DNA of 64,000 nt, from the NCBI RefSeq assembly GCF_024521635.1, contig NW_026250413.1, positions 372,001 through 436,000 on the forward strand. Reading direction: 5' to 3'. Below the pieces are notes generated by a model. It worked only from the letters and a program-made list of their open reading frames with translations, made no database searches and was not told the DNA's origin. Position 1 is the first letter of the stretch, and each line of letters starts with the position of its first letter. Positions 49,644-62,393 of this stretch are shown here, piece by piece. This DNA is from Tricharina praecox (lineage: Eukaryota). Made by a program: the position numbers and the translations under genes.

Positions 49644-52600
49644 TCAATGCCTCTCGTATCCCCTATCGTACGGTGGGTATCCCTGCGGGTGTGGTGGATG
49701 TGGTGGGCGTTGCTGCTGTTGCGGTGGCAGCGATCCATACTGAGGAGGTTGCTGCTGCTGCATTTGCTGTGGCGGCGGTGCCGCGTACTGGCCCTGTGAG
49801 GGCTGGAATGGTGAGTACGCCCGAGGTCCGCTTGGTGGGTAACGGTTGTACGCTTGCTGTTGTTGCTGCTGTTGCTGCTGCTGTTGTTGTTGCTGCTGTT
49901 GTTGCTGCTGTTGCTGCAGCGACGGAGCCAGCGGTGCCGGCGGCGGACGAGACGAGTACGCCGATACAGGTTGTTCCCTAGACTGCGGAGGCGGAGCGTA
50001 TCCACGCGGAGATGATGCATTGTAGACATCCCTGACCGGGTGGACGAACGACTCCCGCGACGCGGTAGGAGGAGCGTAATCCCGTTGGCCCTGGTGTGAA
50101 TATGGAGAATCACGAGTTTGCGGAGGCGGCGGATAGGAGTCCCCACGGTGGTGTCCCGGTGTCGAAGGCGCCGAATAGCCCGGCTCACGGGGAGGCGGCG
50201 GTGGGACATACTGGTGAGAGCGGTAGGACGAATGGGTCTGAGGCGAGGTAAAAGAGGGAAGTCCCACTCCGTAACCTGCAAACACATCACGTCTCGGCAA
50301 CTCCCTAGCCTCCGGCACTTCGCGGACTTCCCTCATTTCTCGCATATCTCCACCACGAATGTCACCTCGCATGTCTCTCGGGTCTGGCTGCATGTCTCCG
50401 CGCATTTCCGTGCGCAAACGCATTGGATCGCCACGCATTGGATCTCCACGCATCGTGTCACGCATGGGGTCACCTCGCATGGGATCACCGCGCATGGGAT
50501 CACCGCGCATCGAGTCACCTCGCAGGTCAGGCTCGTACGCAGACTGATACCTTGGTGGCTCCCTAACTTCGCGATCCCTGAGGCTTCTAGGGTCGCGAAT
50601 GTCGCGCGAGTCTCCAGTAGCATACACATGCTGCGTCGGGGGCTGCGGCGGTGGCGCATGAATAGACGTCGGACGCGGTGTCTGAGTCTGCGGGGCCTGG
50701 AAGTGCTGCGGAGGTGGTGGAGGGGGAGGGACATGACGGGTGGGGGCTACCGAAGAAGGTCTACTGGGAGGATGCGACGTAGGCTGATCATCTGAAGGAT
50801 TCAGCAGAGACATAACGTTAATGGCCCTTGCAGGCTTCGTAGCAGCCGGTGGTGGAGTGTTGGTGTGCATGGGAGAAGAAGCAACAGGAGCCTGGGACGG
50901 CGGTGGTGCCGAGAGCGCAGCCTGTGGGATCGACCTTTGCGGCGGCGACGGAGGCCTGGAGGGCGGACGGAATTGGCTGTGCGCAATGTTGGACACTGGG
51001 GTCGACCGAGGCGATGGAGGCATCATGTGTCTGCGTAAAGGCTCACCCGGCGGCGGCGTACTTGTGGGGTGCGGTACTGGTCTCGAGGGTTGCATATGCT
51101 GCGGCTGTGGCTGGGCCTGGGCTTGCAGATGCAACTGATGCGCCTGCTGGTGATGTTGCTGGTGGACAACGTGCTGTTGCTGTTGTTGGAGCTGCAACTT
51201 CTGTTGCTCGCGCTGCTGTTGCTCTCGCTGCTGTATCTCCCGCTGCTGTTGTTCCCGCTGCTGCTGCTCCCGTTGTTGCAGCTCCCTTTGCTGCTGTTCC
51301 CGTTGCTGCTGTTCCCGTTGTTGCAGCTCCCTTTGCTGTTGTTCCCGTTGCTGCTGCTCCCGCTCTCGCTGCTGCACCTCCCGTTCCCGTTCCCGTTCCC
51401 GTTCCCGCTGCTGCTGCTCTCGCTGCTGCTGCTCTCGCTGCTGCTGCTCTCGCTGCTGCTGCTCTCGCTGTTGCTGCTCTCGCTGTTGCTGTGCCTGCTG
51501 TGCCTGCTGTGCCTGCTGTGCCTGCTGTGCCTGCTGTGCCTGCTGTGCCTGCTGTGCCTGCTGTTGGAGGTGCAGATGGTGTTGATGCTGCGACTGAGGC
51601 TGGGGCTGATGCTGGACCTGCTGAGGACGCTGCTGGGCCTGAGAACGTTGCAACGGCTGTAACGACGGCAATGGTTGCGGACCCTGCTGGATCTGCTGGA
51701 GAGGGGGATGTTGCTGTTGATGGTGCTGAGCCTGCTGAGCCTGTATATGTTGCTGAGGATGTGCCTGATGTTGCGGTCGCTGTGGGGGCTGGGGTTGCGG
51801 TTGCGGTTGCGACTGCTGCTGCGGGGGATGACCTCTCGACGGTTGCTGCGCGTGCATGGGTGACTGCGACTGTGGAGTGTACGCATGCTGCTGAGGAATG
51901 GCCATCTGGGTCTGTTGCTGGACCCCTGCCCTAGGCATATCTGGTCCTTGATGGGTGACGTCAAAGAATCGTGCATGCTGTTGCTGGGTCGGAGGCACCG
52001 ACGGCGACGAAGCAGAAACTTCGATTGGGCCACGCATTGACGCCGACATATGCGCCATCCCAAGCTCCCTGCGCTCCATATGCTCTATCGGACGCCGTGA
52101 GGGGATAACAACGGGCGGGGGCCTTTCCTGGCGTGGCAGCGCCAACGGAGGTGCCTGTGGCGGCTTCTGGGCCGACCGCTGAGTGGGAGCAGTATCTAGC
52201 CGCACTTCACGCCCAACTTCCCGGGTCTCACGCAATTCACGTGGTTTGGTCGATTGCACCGGAGTGTTCGGAACGGACGCACTGTGTATCGAGAGTGAAT
52301 GGCCACGTACCGGGCGAACCGGCGACGTGTGCTGGGATTGAGAATGCGGGGCATTCATGCCAACCGATAGAGGCTGCTGAGAAGGTGGAGTGGCAGGAAT
52401 ATGCGGTCCTCGATCGGCCAGGTACCTCTCCTGCTGGGGGGGCATTCTCTCGATCTTTTCGGGCCTTTCATTCCTCTCCCGTAATGACGTCCGCTCTTTG
52501 ACGGGACGTTGGGACGATTCCATTGGCTTGCTCTCGGCAGGAGGCCTCTCCGGAGCAATGTTGCGTTCCAGTTTGACAACCACTGGCGCAGCAGCTGCCA

Positions 52601-53131
52601 CCGGTGCTGGCACTGGCGCGAGCGTCGGCATCTGCATCGGCATCTGCGTCGGCATCGGCATCGGCATCGGCACTGGCACTGGCACTGGCACTTGCGCTGG
52701 TACTGGTACCGGTACTGGCACTGGCGTCGGCGTTGGTGTCTGTATTGGCGTTGGCGCTGGCGTTGACACTGGTGTTGGTACCACGATTGGCGTAGGCGTG
52801 CTGCTGGATTGCAATGGCATCACTGGCGGGGTACCTACTGCACCAGCCGCAGGCTTCTGCAGGGGTGTCTGCGGCGGCGGGAGTACAGGGCCAAAGATTG
52901 GAGGAGGAACAGAACCGCGGTTAACATTGTCGGTATCGATCTCCATCGGATCATTGAGCAGAGGTCTGGACATGTCGTAGCGCTTCTTTGGGAGTGTAGC
53001 AGGAGCTGGCGCCGGAGGCATCGTCTCACCGGCCTTGATCTTACGATCGGCCTCGTCGGCAATTTCCTTGTACTCAGACTTTCCACTTTCTACCTGGCGG
53101 GTATAAAAGTTCCGCACCTAGATATTCATTT

Positions 53132-53163
<32 letters not shown>

Positions 53164-56100
53164 CAAGCCACTTCACCATAATAGAGAGCGAATTCATACC
53201 ATTACAGTCGTCTTGGTAGCCAGTCGCTGACTGATCAAGCCCCAGTTCGTTCCGAAGGACGCAAGAAGGAGCGGAAAGTCGGTCTGCTCTGGCACACTCC
53301 AGTAACTAGACGTAGCCGGACCCATCGAGCGATCAGATCTATCCTTATCCTTCTTCGGTGTCGACGTAGCGGTCCGGGGAGTTGTTTGAGGTTGAATCTC
53401 CGTGGTGGTGGACATGACGATGTTGATCGGAGGAGGGGCCGGCGCGATTTCCGGCGTCGTGCTCGAAAGACCAGCTAATGCGCTCACTGCGTCCGATTCC
53501 CTCTGCCCCAGATCTTCCTTGGGTTTTACCGGCTTCTTTTCGACGATTGGGGTGAGAACGGGCTGAGGCATCGGAGTGGCGGGAACACTGGACACTGGAG
53601 TGGCAGCAGGAGTCCTGACACGCTTGCTACCCCTCTCACGTCCAGCATTGTTTCCTCCCCTGGTTCTCTTAGTACCCCCCTTCTCAGCTCCATCATCATC
53701 ACCCTTGCTGTCCTTATTCCCGCCTCTCCGACTACCGCTCTGAACCTCGCCCTCGTCAGCCTTGAAACCGTTGTCGGTATTCCTAGGATCCTGGCCGAAA
53801 GTGGGAGCAGCTGCACGCTTCGGACGTCCTCTCTCCGTGATGGGTGCAGGGGTGACATCTTCAGTATCTCCATCCTCATCTTCTCCGGTTCCTCCGGCTC
53901 CCTTTCCCTTTCCCAAATCCGCAAGCAACGCGCTCTGTCGAGTCTTTTGCGGTGCGCCGCCGCGGCCACGCTTTCTGCGAGTCCGTTTACCCTTGTTGAG
54001 CAGATCCTTGTAGTTAATCGACTTCTTGGTCATGTAGTAGTGTTGAATGCAAGCTTTGGTATCCCTGGTCTCCATTCCAGCGGAGATCTTGTGCCATTGC
54101 TTCGGATACAGTATGTAAAGCTCGCAAAACTTCGTTCGTTCCTCATCGTTGAAGTCGTCGGCAGGGATCTCGTACCTGTACGCCTGCAGGATCTCCTCAT
54201 TCGTCCTCAGCAGGCGGTTGGTGTCGCGGAACATCAGCTTCTCCCGATCATCCAAGATCATATCCGGTACGACGGCCTCCTTGGGACCGTCAAGCTTAGC
54301 CCTGGCATCTTTCTCCGCGTCCTGCTCCGCAAGATCCCTCATCACTTGCTCCATCTCCGCCTCGCTACGAACAACATCGCCGACCGGAACGTTTCCTCCT
54401 CGGCGACGGGTAACCGGTTCCGATCCTGGGGTAACGGCCTGTGCAGGCAATACTCCCGCCGCATCGGCCGGCTCGCAGATTCCCTTCTTCTTCCTAGAGT
54501 CCCTGTCGAGCTCACGACACTTCTGGCTCCACTCGTTGTGCAGTTCCTTATACTTTCGCTTCAACTTGTTGCCTTTCTCAAAAACCTCCTTCTTGTGCTT
54601 GGAGATTTCCAAGGTGAGTAGATCCTTGATGTCAGCATGCTCTTCGAGATTGGCCTGGAAGAATTCCAGCGTTGAAGGTTTGGTAACCGGGCCAAAGTGA
54701 AAGTACGGAAGATCGGCAGGAGCAGACTTTCTGGAAGCAGTGAACGAATCATCGGACTCCGTTTCCATCGAATCCGCTTCGGAAGAAGTGGGCGATGCAG
54801 GCGAACCAGAAGATGCAGAGGGCGATGGCGTAGGCGATGTCGGCGACATGGAGGGTGTCAACGTTGCCGTCGGCTCCTGCTTGATGACCAGTTTCGAATC
54901 CTCAGCCAGTTCTTCAACAGCGGGGACTGGCTCGGCTGTAGCCAGAGCTTCCCGTGCTTCTTCCTCCTTGATGGCGGATATGTGCTCAGCCTTGCGCGCA
55001 GCGAGATCCAACAGTTTGGCTTCCAGTCGCTCGACGTCACGATCCAGGTCAGCAATTTTGACAATGACATCCTGCTGGGTGAGTCTATCTTCATCCTCAT
55101 CCTCATCCATTCCATCTTCTTCTTCCTCTTCTTCTTCCGGTTTTACCGGCGGAGACGGTTGCGTTGCTGTTTCCTGGTTCTCGTTGGCACTGGGTTCCTT
55201 CTCGGATTTGATTGATGATACGCTCGCGATGGTTGCCATCGCATTCGCGGGTGCATCAACCATGTCGAAATCGGACTTTGCAAGTCTCTCATCTTTCTCT
55301 CGGCCCCTATCGTCGGTCTTAGCTTCAACCGAGTCGACCTCCGATGGTGTTTCCCGAGAGCGAGCACGCTCCCCGTTCATTCCGCCTCTACCCGAGCCAG
55401 TTCGTCTGCCGCCACGGTCTATACCCCGAGCAATTCCGCCTCTATTACCACGAAATGCTGGAATGATATTTTTGCCGCCACCAGGCCCCCCCTTCAAATC
55501 CGGTGAGTATGCAACCCGGAAACCAAGACCTACCCGCTCCCCACGGTGCCAATAGTTCCTGGGTCCCGTAGGCGGAGTCTTACTATGCATGTCGTTTACA
55601 GAACCGGTTGGCGCCGGCGTCGTTGTCGAGCTTGCGGGCACTGTCGGAGGGAATGAAGGACCCAGTGAGTGTCCCCGGAATCCTTGGTTCGATGACGAGC
55701 TTCCTGGACGCGAAGATACGACACTCGAACTTGGCTGAGAAAGCGTGGGTGCAGGTGGAGGAGGAGGTCCGGAAGCTTCCTTGAAATCTCTACTGGCGAC
55801 CGTCTGTTCCTGCGGCGGCGGTACATCCTTATCCTCTAGTACTTTTGCAGCTGTTTCAATCTCCTTCATCCGATCTGGATGAACATGGCCAGCACCACCA
55901 AAGTCGTTCCTTGGCGGTGCCTCGCGGGGTCCCTCACGCAGCGACTCCCGTGAGGGAACCTTCTTAGGCTGTTGCTGGGATGGCTGTTGTTGTGGTTGTT
56001 GTGGTTGTTGTGGCTGGTGCTGCTGCTGCTGCTGAACATTCCCCCACGTCGGCTCCGCCGACCATTTCTCCTTCCTATCACCCTGGCCAACATGACCGCG

Positions 56101-58106
56101 GGGCCCAGTGGGCGGAAGGCTTGCTCTAGGGCCAGTCGGAGGTGTAACACCAACGCCTGACATAGAGTTTCCGGACCGATGACCGAGGGTTGGCTGGGAC
56201 GGAATAGAGGGTGAGTAAGACCTGAGTGGAGGAGCTGACAGCGGTCCTGATGCCGGACTGGACGCGTTTGGTATCTGGGAAGTCGGCTGTGAATGGGCTG
56301 ACGATGGTACAGACGCAGAGAATGATTTCTCATCTTCTATCGAGTCCCGTTTCGGCCGTGACGGTGCAAGATCCAATGGCGCCGGAGGTGGTACACGACG
56401 CTCAATTGGCTTCGATGGTGCGTCTTCCTTCTTCATGCCACCTTCCCTATCCCGCGGACCAGCACCATTGACCGACACAGCCCACGGAGCGGGATGTTGG
56501 CTGGTGAATGATGTGGGAATCCGCGGCGGTGCCTGGGGCGGTGGTGGTGTCGGAGCAGGCTGGCTCCCATGGCGAGACGAAGCGGTCGTAGGTTGCGGCG
56601 AAGCTGCAGAAGCCGCCGGCGGCAAAGTCGCTGACGGGGGTCCAGAGTTACTGGAATATCTAGCCTTTTCAGCCTCACGTCTGCGATTCCATCTGTTGAG
56701 AAAAAAACGCAAAGAAAGGAAGAAGGAAATTAGCCACTGAATCCTCCAAAGAAAAAGACCCGCCGTCTGCGAAGCAGAAAATGTGGCCCCATGCTGTACG
56801 CACTGGCCACGGCCAGGGCACCATGAAAGAAAAAAATGAAAGACAAGCAAAGGCGCCAAAAATCTATTGAAAAAAAAAAGCAAAAGGACAAAAAGAAATA
56901 AACTTACTCTGCGGCATCCCTCTCCCGTTTGATCCGGTCGCGGTCGGCCTGGCTGGAGTCCACAGGGCCGTGAAACTCCCTGGTTTCGGAACCGCGAGTT
57001 CTCTCTCGGATATCCCGTACCGCTGCTGCTGCTGCTGCTGCTGCCGGCAGTACTGGTATTGGTCGTGGTGCGGGTGGAAAGCGGGGGTCGCGTTCCCTGG
57101 TCTCCCTCGTCTCCCTCTCCCTCTCGCGCTCCCTGAGCTCACGTTCCCTGACTTCCCTCTCCTTTTCCCTTTCGCGCTCACGGTCTCGTAGCTCGCGTTC
57201 GCGGTCCCTCTCGCGATCTGGCCTCCGGTCGCCGATAAACCCAAGCCCGCGATCGTGTCGGTCTCTGTCGCCCCTTCCAAGACCATACGGCGATATCCTA
57301 TCCCTTTCCCTCGAAGGTGATCTCGGCCGGTGTCCATAGTAACCACCTCTTCCATCTCGAAAGTCGCGGCCCCTATCAAAATCCCTTTCCCGATCGTTGA
57401 ACCTGGATCCAAATCCACCCCGTCCGTGATCCACACTACCACGCGAACTGCCGTAGTCGGAATAGTCTCTTTCCCTACTGCGCCCTCGTCCTCCACGCAG
57501 GGAGTCACTCCAATCACCCGATCGCCTCCGGCTGCTTCCCCTGTACCTGTCTCCCTCCGGAACGTACCCGCTGCCAAACGGCCCTCCCAGCGGCGCCGGA
57601 TGGCCTGAGCCACCTGGCGCGGTAGATGTGACGGGCGACCGATTCGCACCCACCGAGCCACCGCTACCTCCACTACCTCCACCTCTTCCGGTGCCTCCGC
57701 GCGGTCCCGAAGGCGTGTACGAGCTCCCGCCCACGCTACCTACTGGACCCCGCGGAGCCGGCGGTACACCCGATCCTGGAGGCGCATAATGGTGCGATGA
57801 CTGTTGTTGGGTCAACGGGAAGGTGAAGTTCGATTTATGCGGCGAGTGCGCAGACGAAGGTGTCGTGGCCGCCGATGAAGATGGAAGCGAGCTATTATTA
57901 TTGTTGTTATTGTTGCAGAGGGCTTTGGGACCTTTGGGAGCGTCGCGGGGAAATTCCCGCGATATATTATCTGCAGGTCGGCTTATCGGCTGCGGATATG
58001 ACGCAAACGATGGAGTCGAAGGTGGTGGCTGGTGCGTCGACACGGAAGGCCGGCGGGCAAAGGGCGTTGGTGATGCAGGCCGGGATGGAGGATGCCGAGA
58101 CGTCAT
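49644..58106 (-). CDS. SNT1: Snt1/NCoR-like two-SANT-domain subunit of the Set3C histone deacetylase complex; complement(join(49644..53117,53200..56692,56908..58106)), about 2720 aa
   Basis: GDVVRSEAEMEQVM, EAVVPDMI, FRDTNRL; SANT1 DDFNDEERTKFCELYILYPKQWHKIS...CIQHYYMTKKSINYK; SANT2 SSYWSVPEQTDFPLLLASFGTNWGLISQRLATKTTVM|VRNFY. Both introns restore the frame. Confidence 0.9.
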
Positions 58107-59590
58107 GCTAGCCGCTCGCCGGATGAGCCGAGGCAAATGTCGAATGAAACAAACTGCTGATTTCAGCCGTCGAGTTTATCCAGAATGACTGAAGTCGAAT
58201 TTGCCTTTTCCCTGCCAGAGTCTATCTGTCTTTTCGATGTGTGTTGCGTCGACGTTTAGTTTGTTTGGCCCCCTATATTAGAGATCCGTCGTTTAAGCTC
58301 GCAGCGGGCTTTTTTGGGGGTTGGGTTTGGGTTAGGATGGCTATGAGGAGGATGATGCTTCGATTATGCGCACATTGCTCGGGGACGGCGAGAAAACAAA
58401 CTGTCCGAACGCTACTGCCGAAACCGGGGGGTTGTGTGTGTGTGTGTGTGTGGGGGGGGGGTGGGAAGAGGGATGCGGAATGAGGAATCCCAGACAGAAA
58501 GAAAGGAGGATCACGGGAGAAGAGAAGAAGAGAAGAGAAAGAACAGAAGGGGAGTGCACGAAGAAAGATGAGAAAGAAGGAAGGAAAACGACGGCCTTCT
58601 CTCAGTCAGTACGTCTATCTGTCCGTCCGGTTCGTCTTGTCGGTTCCTCGTTTCGGTGGAGGATTCCTAGAGTGGGACAAGTAAGTATGTGGAGCTGGCG
58701 ACGTGCAGACAGGCAAGGCAGGGAAGGGAGGTGTGGGGCAGCGTGGTAGTTTGGGGGAGTTGAATGGTTGGGTGTGGGTAGTGGTTGTCCTGTGTCTGCG
58801 CCGAGTTGTGCGATGGTAGTGGTGGTGGTGTGTGGGTTGCGGGATTGGGGAGGGGGGGGGGGGGTGGGAGTCAGGGAGATCAGTTGAATCGCGGCCTTCA
58901 AGAAGGTGCAAATCCAAGAGGCTGAGAACGTGCTTGGGCTGGCTAACTGGCTGGCTGGCCGAGCGGCTAGCAGGCCGAAGGGGGAAATCCGAAAGAGGAG
59001 GCGAATCAAGAACGGAGAAGAAGAAGAAGAAGAAGAAGAAGAAGCAGGAGAAGGAGAAGGAGAAGGAGGAGAAGGAGAAGAGGGATAAGAAGAAGGTCCG
59101 CACGTTATGGACGAACAGGAAAAAGAAACGCGACTCGGGAGACGGTCCTGTGGACAGCGAACGGACAGGCAGGCAGGCAGGCAGGCAGACAGACAGACGG
59201 ACGGAAGGAAAGAAAAACGTAGACTTGGACCGGAACGAAGAACTATGATGATGCTGATGATGCTGATGATGCTGATGATGCTGATGATACAGGCCCGCTT
59301 CTTTCTTTCCTGCTTGCCTGCTGGCCGCCTTCTCCTTCTCTTGTTCTCCTTGACAACGATGAAAAGCAACGGCAACGTACCTCTAGATCCACTCCACGCT
59401 TCCGGCTAGTGAGTTCTGGCTTGTCTCTGACACCACCCACCGTCTTTTCTATCTTCCGCTGAAAGTGATGCTGCAGGACGTGATGTCGATGAAGCCCGAA
59501 GAAAGGGAGATCGATCCGTTTGGAGACGGATGAGCAAGAAGCAAGTATCAAGATGGATGGAAGGGGCAGTAGGAGTAGATGGAAGAAGAA

Positions 59591-59615
59591 GTAGTAGTAG
59601 TAGTGGTAGTATGTA

Positions 59616-59670
<55 letters not shown>

Positions 59671-59683
59671 TAGCAGTAGTAGT
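59591..59683. repeat. (GTA)n microsatellite within the microsatellite-rich region upstream of SNT1
   Basis: Seen directly; (GAA)n, (GCAG)n and (CCA)n tracts lie nearby. Confidence 0.9.
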
Positions 59684-62339
59684 AAAGGTGTAAAAGTGGA
59701 AAGACGGGGCCGGGGGGGGGGGTGGTCGGTGTGGGTAGTGGTGTGGTGGTTCCAGGTCCCGCGAACGAATAGAGAAGATACGTAGATGAAGAAGAATATG
59801 AAACGAAAAGCAAAGAAGGAGGATCAACGATTTCCTCCCTGAATTCCTCAGAAAGCCTTCACAATCAGATCTCTCGATGGGTTCCCTCTTTCTTCTCAGT
59901 CGTGACCCGGGAGGTGTGCAATCAAGCAAGCAACCGAGCAAGCAATCAAGCAATACAAGCAAAAGGGATGGGGGCGTAGGCGGGAGGAGTAGGAGGAGGA
60001 GGAGGAGAGGAGGAGGGCTGGAAAGCGTGCAGTGGCGGAGAGCAGTGGCTGCGAGACAGGAAGAATGGGAAGGGGAGGGAAGGGAAGGTGGAGACGGGGG
60101 GCAAGTGTCGTTCGTTCGTTCGCTCCTCTTTGCGGATGTGGAGAGAAGGGCAGAGCGAGCAGAGAGAGAGTGCTGTAGGCGTTAGAGAAGTAGAGTAGAG
60201 AGAGTCAGCAAGCGTCAAGTTAATCGGCTAGCTGGCATTGAAGGTTGGTAGAGTACATGGAGGATGTAGAGTACCTAAACCACGGGGATTCCTTCTTCAT
60301 GCATTCGGCATCGACAGTCGACAGACAGTCGACACTTGACACATCCAGGACGTCGATTCGAAGTCGGGCGTTCGTGCATCCGTGCATCCTTCCAAGAAGA
60401 AGACGAAGAAGAAAGCATCAGTCATCGAGATCACGGCTCGAAGCATCGAGCAGTGCATCTCCTCGTCCTCGTCCACGCGGACCCTGACACGCAAAACGAC
60501 GGCGGTGGGACGGGATACAGTCGTCCAAGACGTCTCCCGAGCCCGCGTCCGCGCCCGCGCCCGCCTCTTCCTCTTCCTCTTCCACTTCCACCCCCAATTC
60601 CGTCAAGCCCCAAACCTCGAAACCCGCCCCGAGCCAATCAGCTCGCACGCAGGCCAGATCCCCCCCACCCCCCAGTCGAGTCGTCGCAAAAACTACCATG
60701 GCCACCCTCAAACCAAATCTTCCCTCCTCTCCCCCTGCTCCTCGCTACGATTTGGTTCCATACCCAGCCCGTCCCAGTCCCGAATAGGCAGACACATAGC
60801 TTTTCCCGATTTCAAGGTTAACTGACACACCTACCACCACCACCAGTGCACCACCACCACCAGTGCACCACCACACCACCACCACCACCACCACCACCAA
60901 CCCCAGCCGAGTCAGATCGGAAGTCGTCAGTTGGTGCTGGCGCGCGAGAAAACGTTTGTCCGAACCCTTTTCGTGAAACACGCGGCGGCCGCGCTGAGTC
61001 GACCCTGAAGAACGCAGGAAGGCATGCGCACTGCTCAGTCATGTGTTGAGTTCCCCGTTGACAAGAGGTACCGGTACTTAGACGGCCGGCGTGCCAGTAT
61101 CCGAAAGTGCGCTTTGAGTTCTAGATCCCGACGACGACGGGACGACGACGAGTCGACGACGAGTCGACGGCAGCATCAAGATGGAAAAGAAAGAAACCTC
61201 CGCCAAATCCCATCCCATCCAACCACGCCGCCCCCGCACGGAACGAACCCTCGCGCATCCTTTGACGTTGACTTTCATCGCTTCCCCCTCACAACCTTCC
61301 TCAAGACAGACTTTCGCCCTCTGCCCTGGTTATAAGCAGAGAATGTAGACATCTGTCCGCCCGCCGCGAGACCGTGGCAAAAGCAAAAGCAAAACACACA
61401 AGCAAAAAGCAAAAACCGCGTCCCCCCCATCCCCCCGGCCCCCTCCTTCCCTCCCCCCAAGCCTCCACCCTCCAACCCTCCACCCTGCCTCCCCCAGAAC
61501 CCGAATCCGAATCCGAATGCGTGATCCCTGCCCACCACCCACCACCACCAGGTCCACCGCATCAAAATCAACCACGCACATCCACCTCCCTCCCCTTTCG
61601 CGCTAGTTACCTTGGCTGGCCCGTCCGCTCGCTCGTCGCCCGTCGCTCGCCCGTCGCTCGCTGGCTGTGAATTCGTGATCCGTCATCTCGAATTTATGTA
61701 GGTGACGAACGTTAGCGCGCGAGACATTCGAGTGTAACCTTGCGGGTGCGGCGCCGGGCGGAGGAGATGATGCCGTCGCCAGGTGGCAGCGAGAGCGCGG
61801 CGGAGGGGAGTATGCATGTCTATGATATGGATTGTACATAGAGCACGAGTACTGGGAGTCTATCTAGCCGAACTGATTGAATTCTCCGGGTCTTTACGCG
61901 CGGGCAAAGTTGCGGAGGTGCCGTAGTATCATAGGTGGTGATGGTGGTGATAGGTACATGGTGGTGATAGGTACATGGTGGTGATAGGTACATGGTGGTG
62001 ATCCTGATCCACTGATCCACTGATCCTACCTAGAGTATGTAGAGTAGAGTATCGCGTGTCGCCATCACGAATCGCGATCGACGGGTGAGCGGCATCGATG
62101 CGAGTTTGCGGGAGTAAAGAAAGAAGAAGCCCGTACATAGAAGTCTTGCCAACTCGGCAGGCGAACGTTCAAACCGAACGCACGAACTCTCTTCTCTCTT
62201 CTCTCCCCATGAGTCCATGACGACGATGAGTAAGGGATGTGGGCGGGGAGGGGGGGAGGATCCTCGAATTCGAGTACCCGGCATGTACCAGTGTACCACC
62301 CGATAGGTAGAGTAGGGAACGACACCAGTCACGACAGCC

Positions 62340-62393
<54 letters not shown>

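Noticed and set aside
50849-52980. Long + strand ORFs (361, 197 and 196 aa) rich in Ala, Leu or Gly
   Set aside because: They are antisense shadows of the Q/P-rich SNT1 coding repeats.
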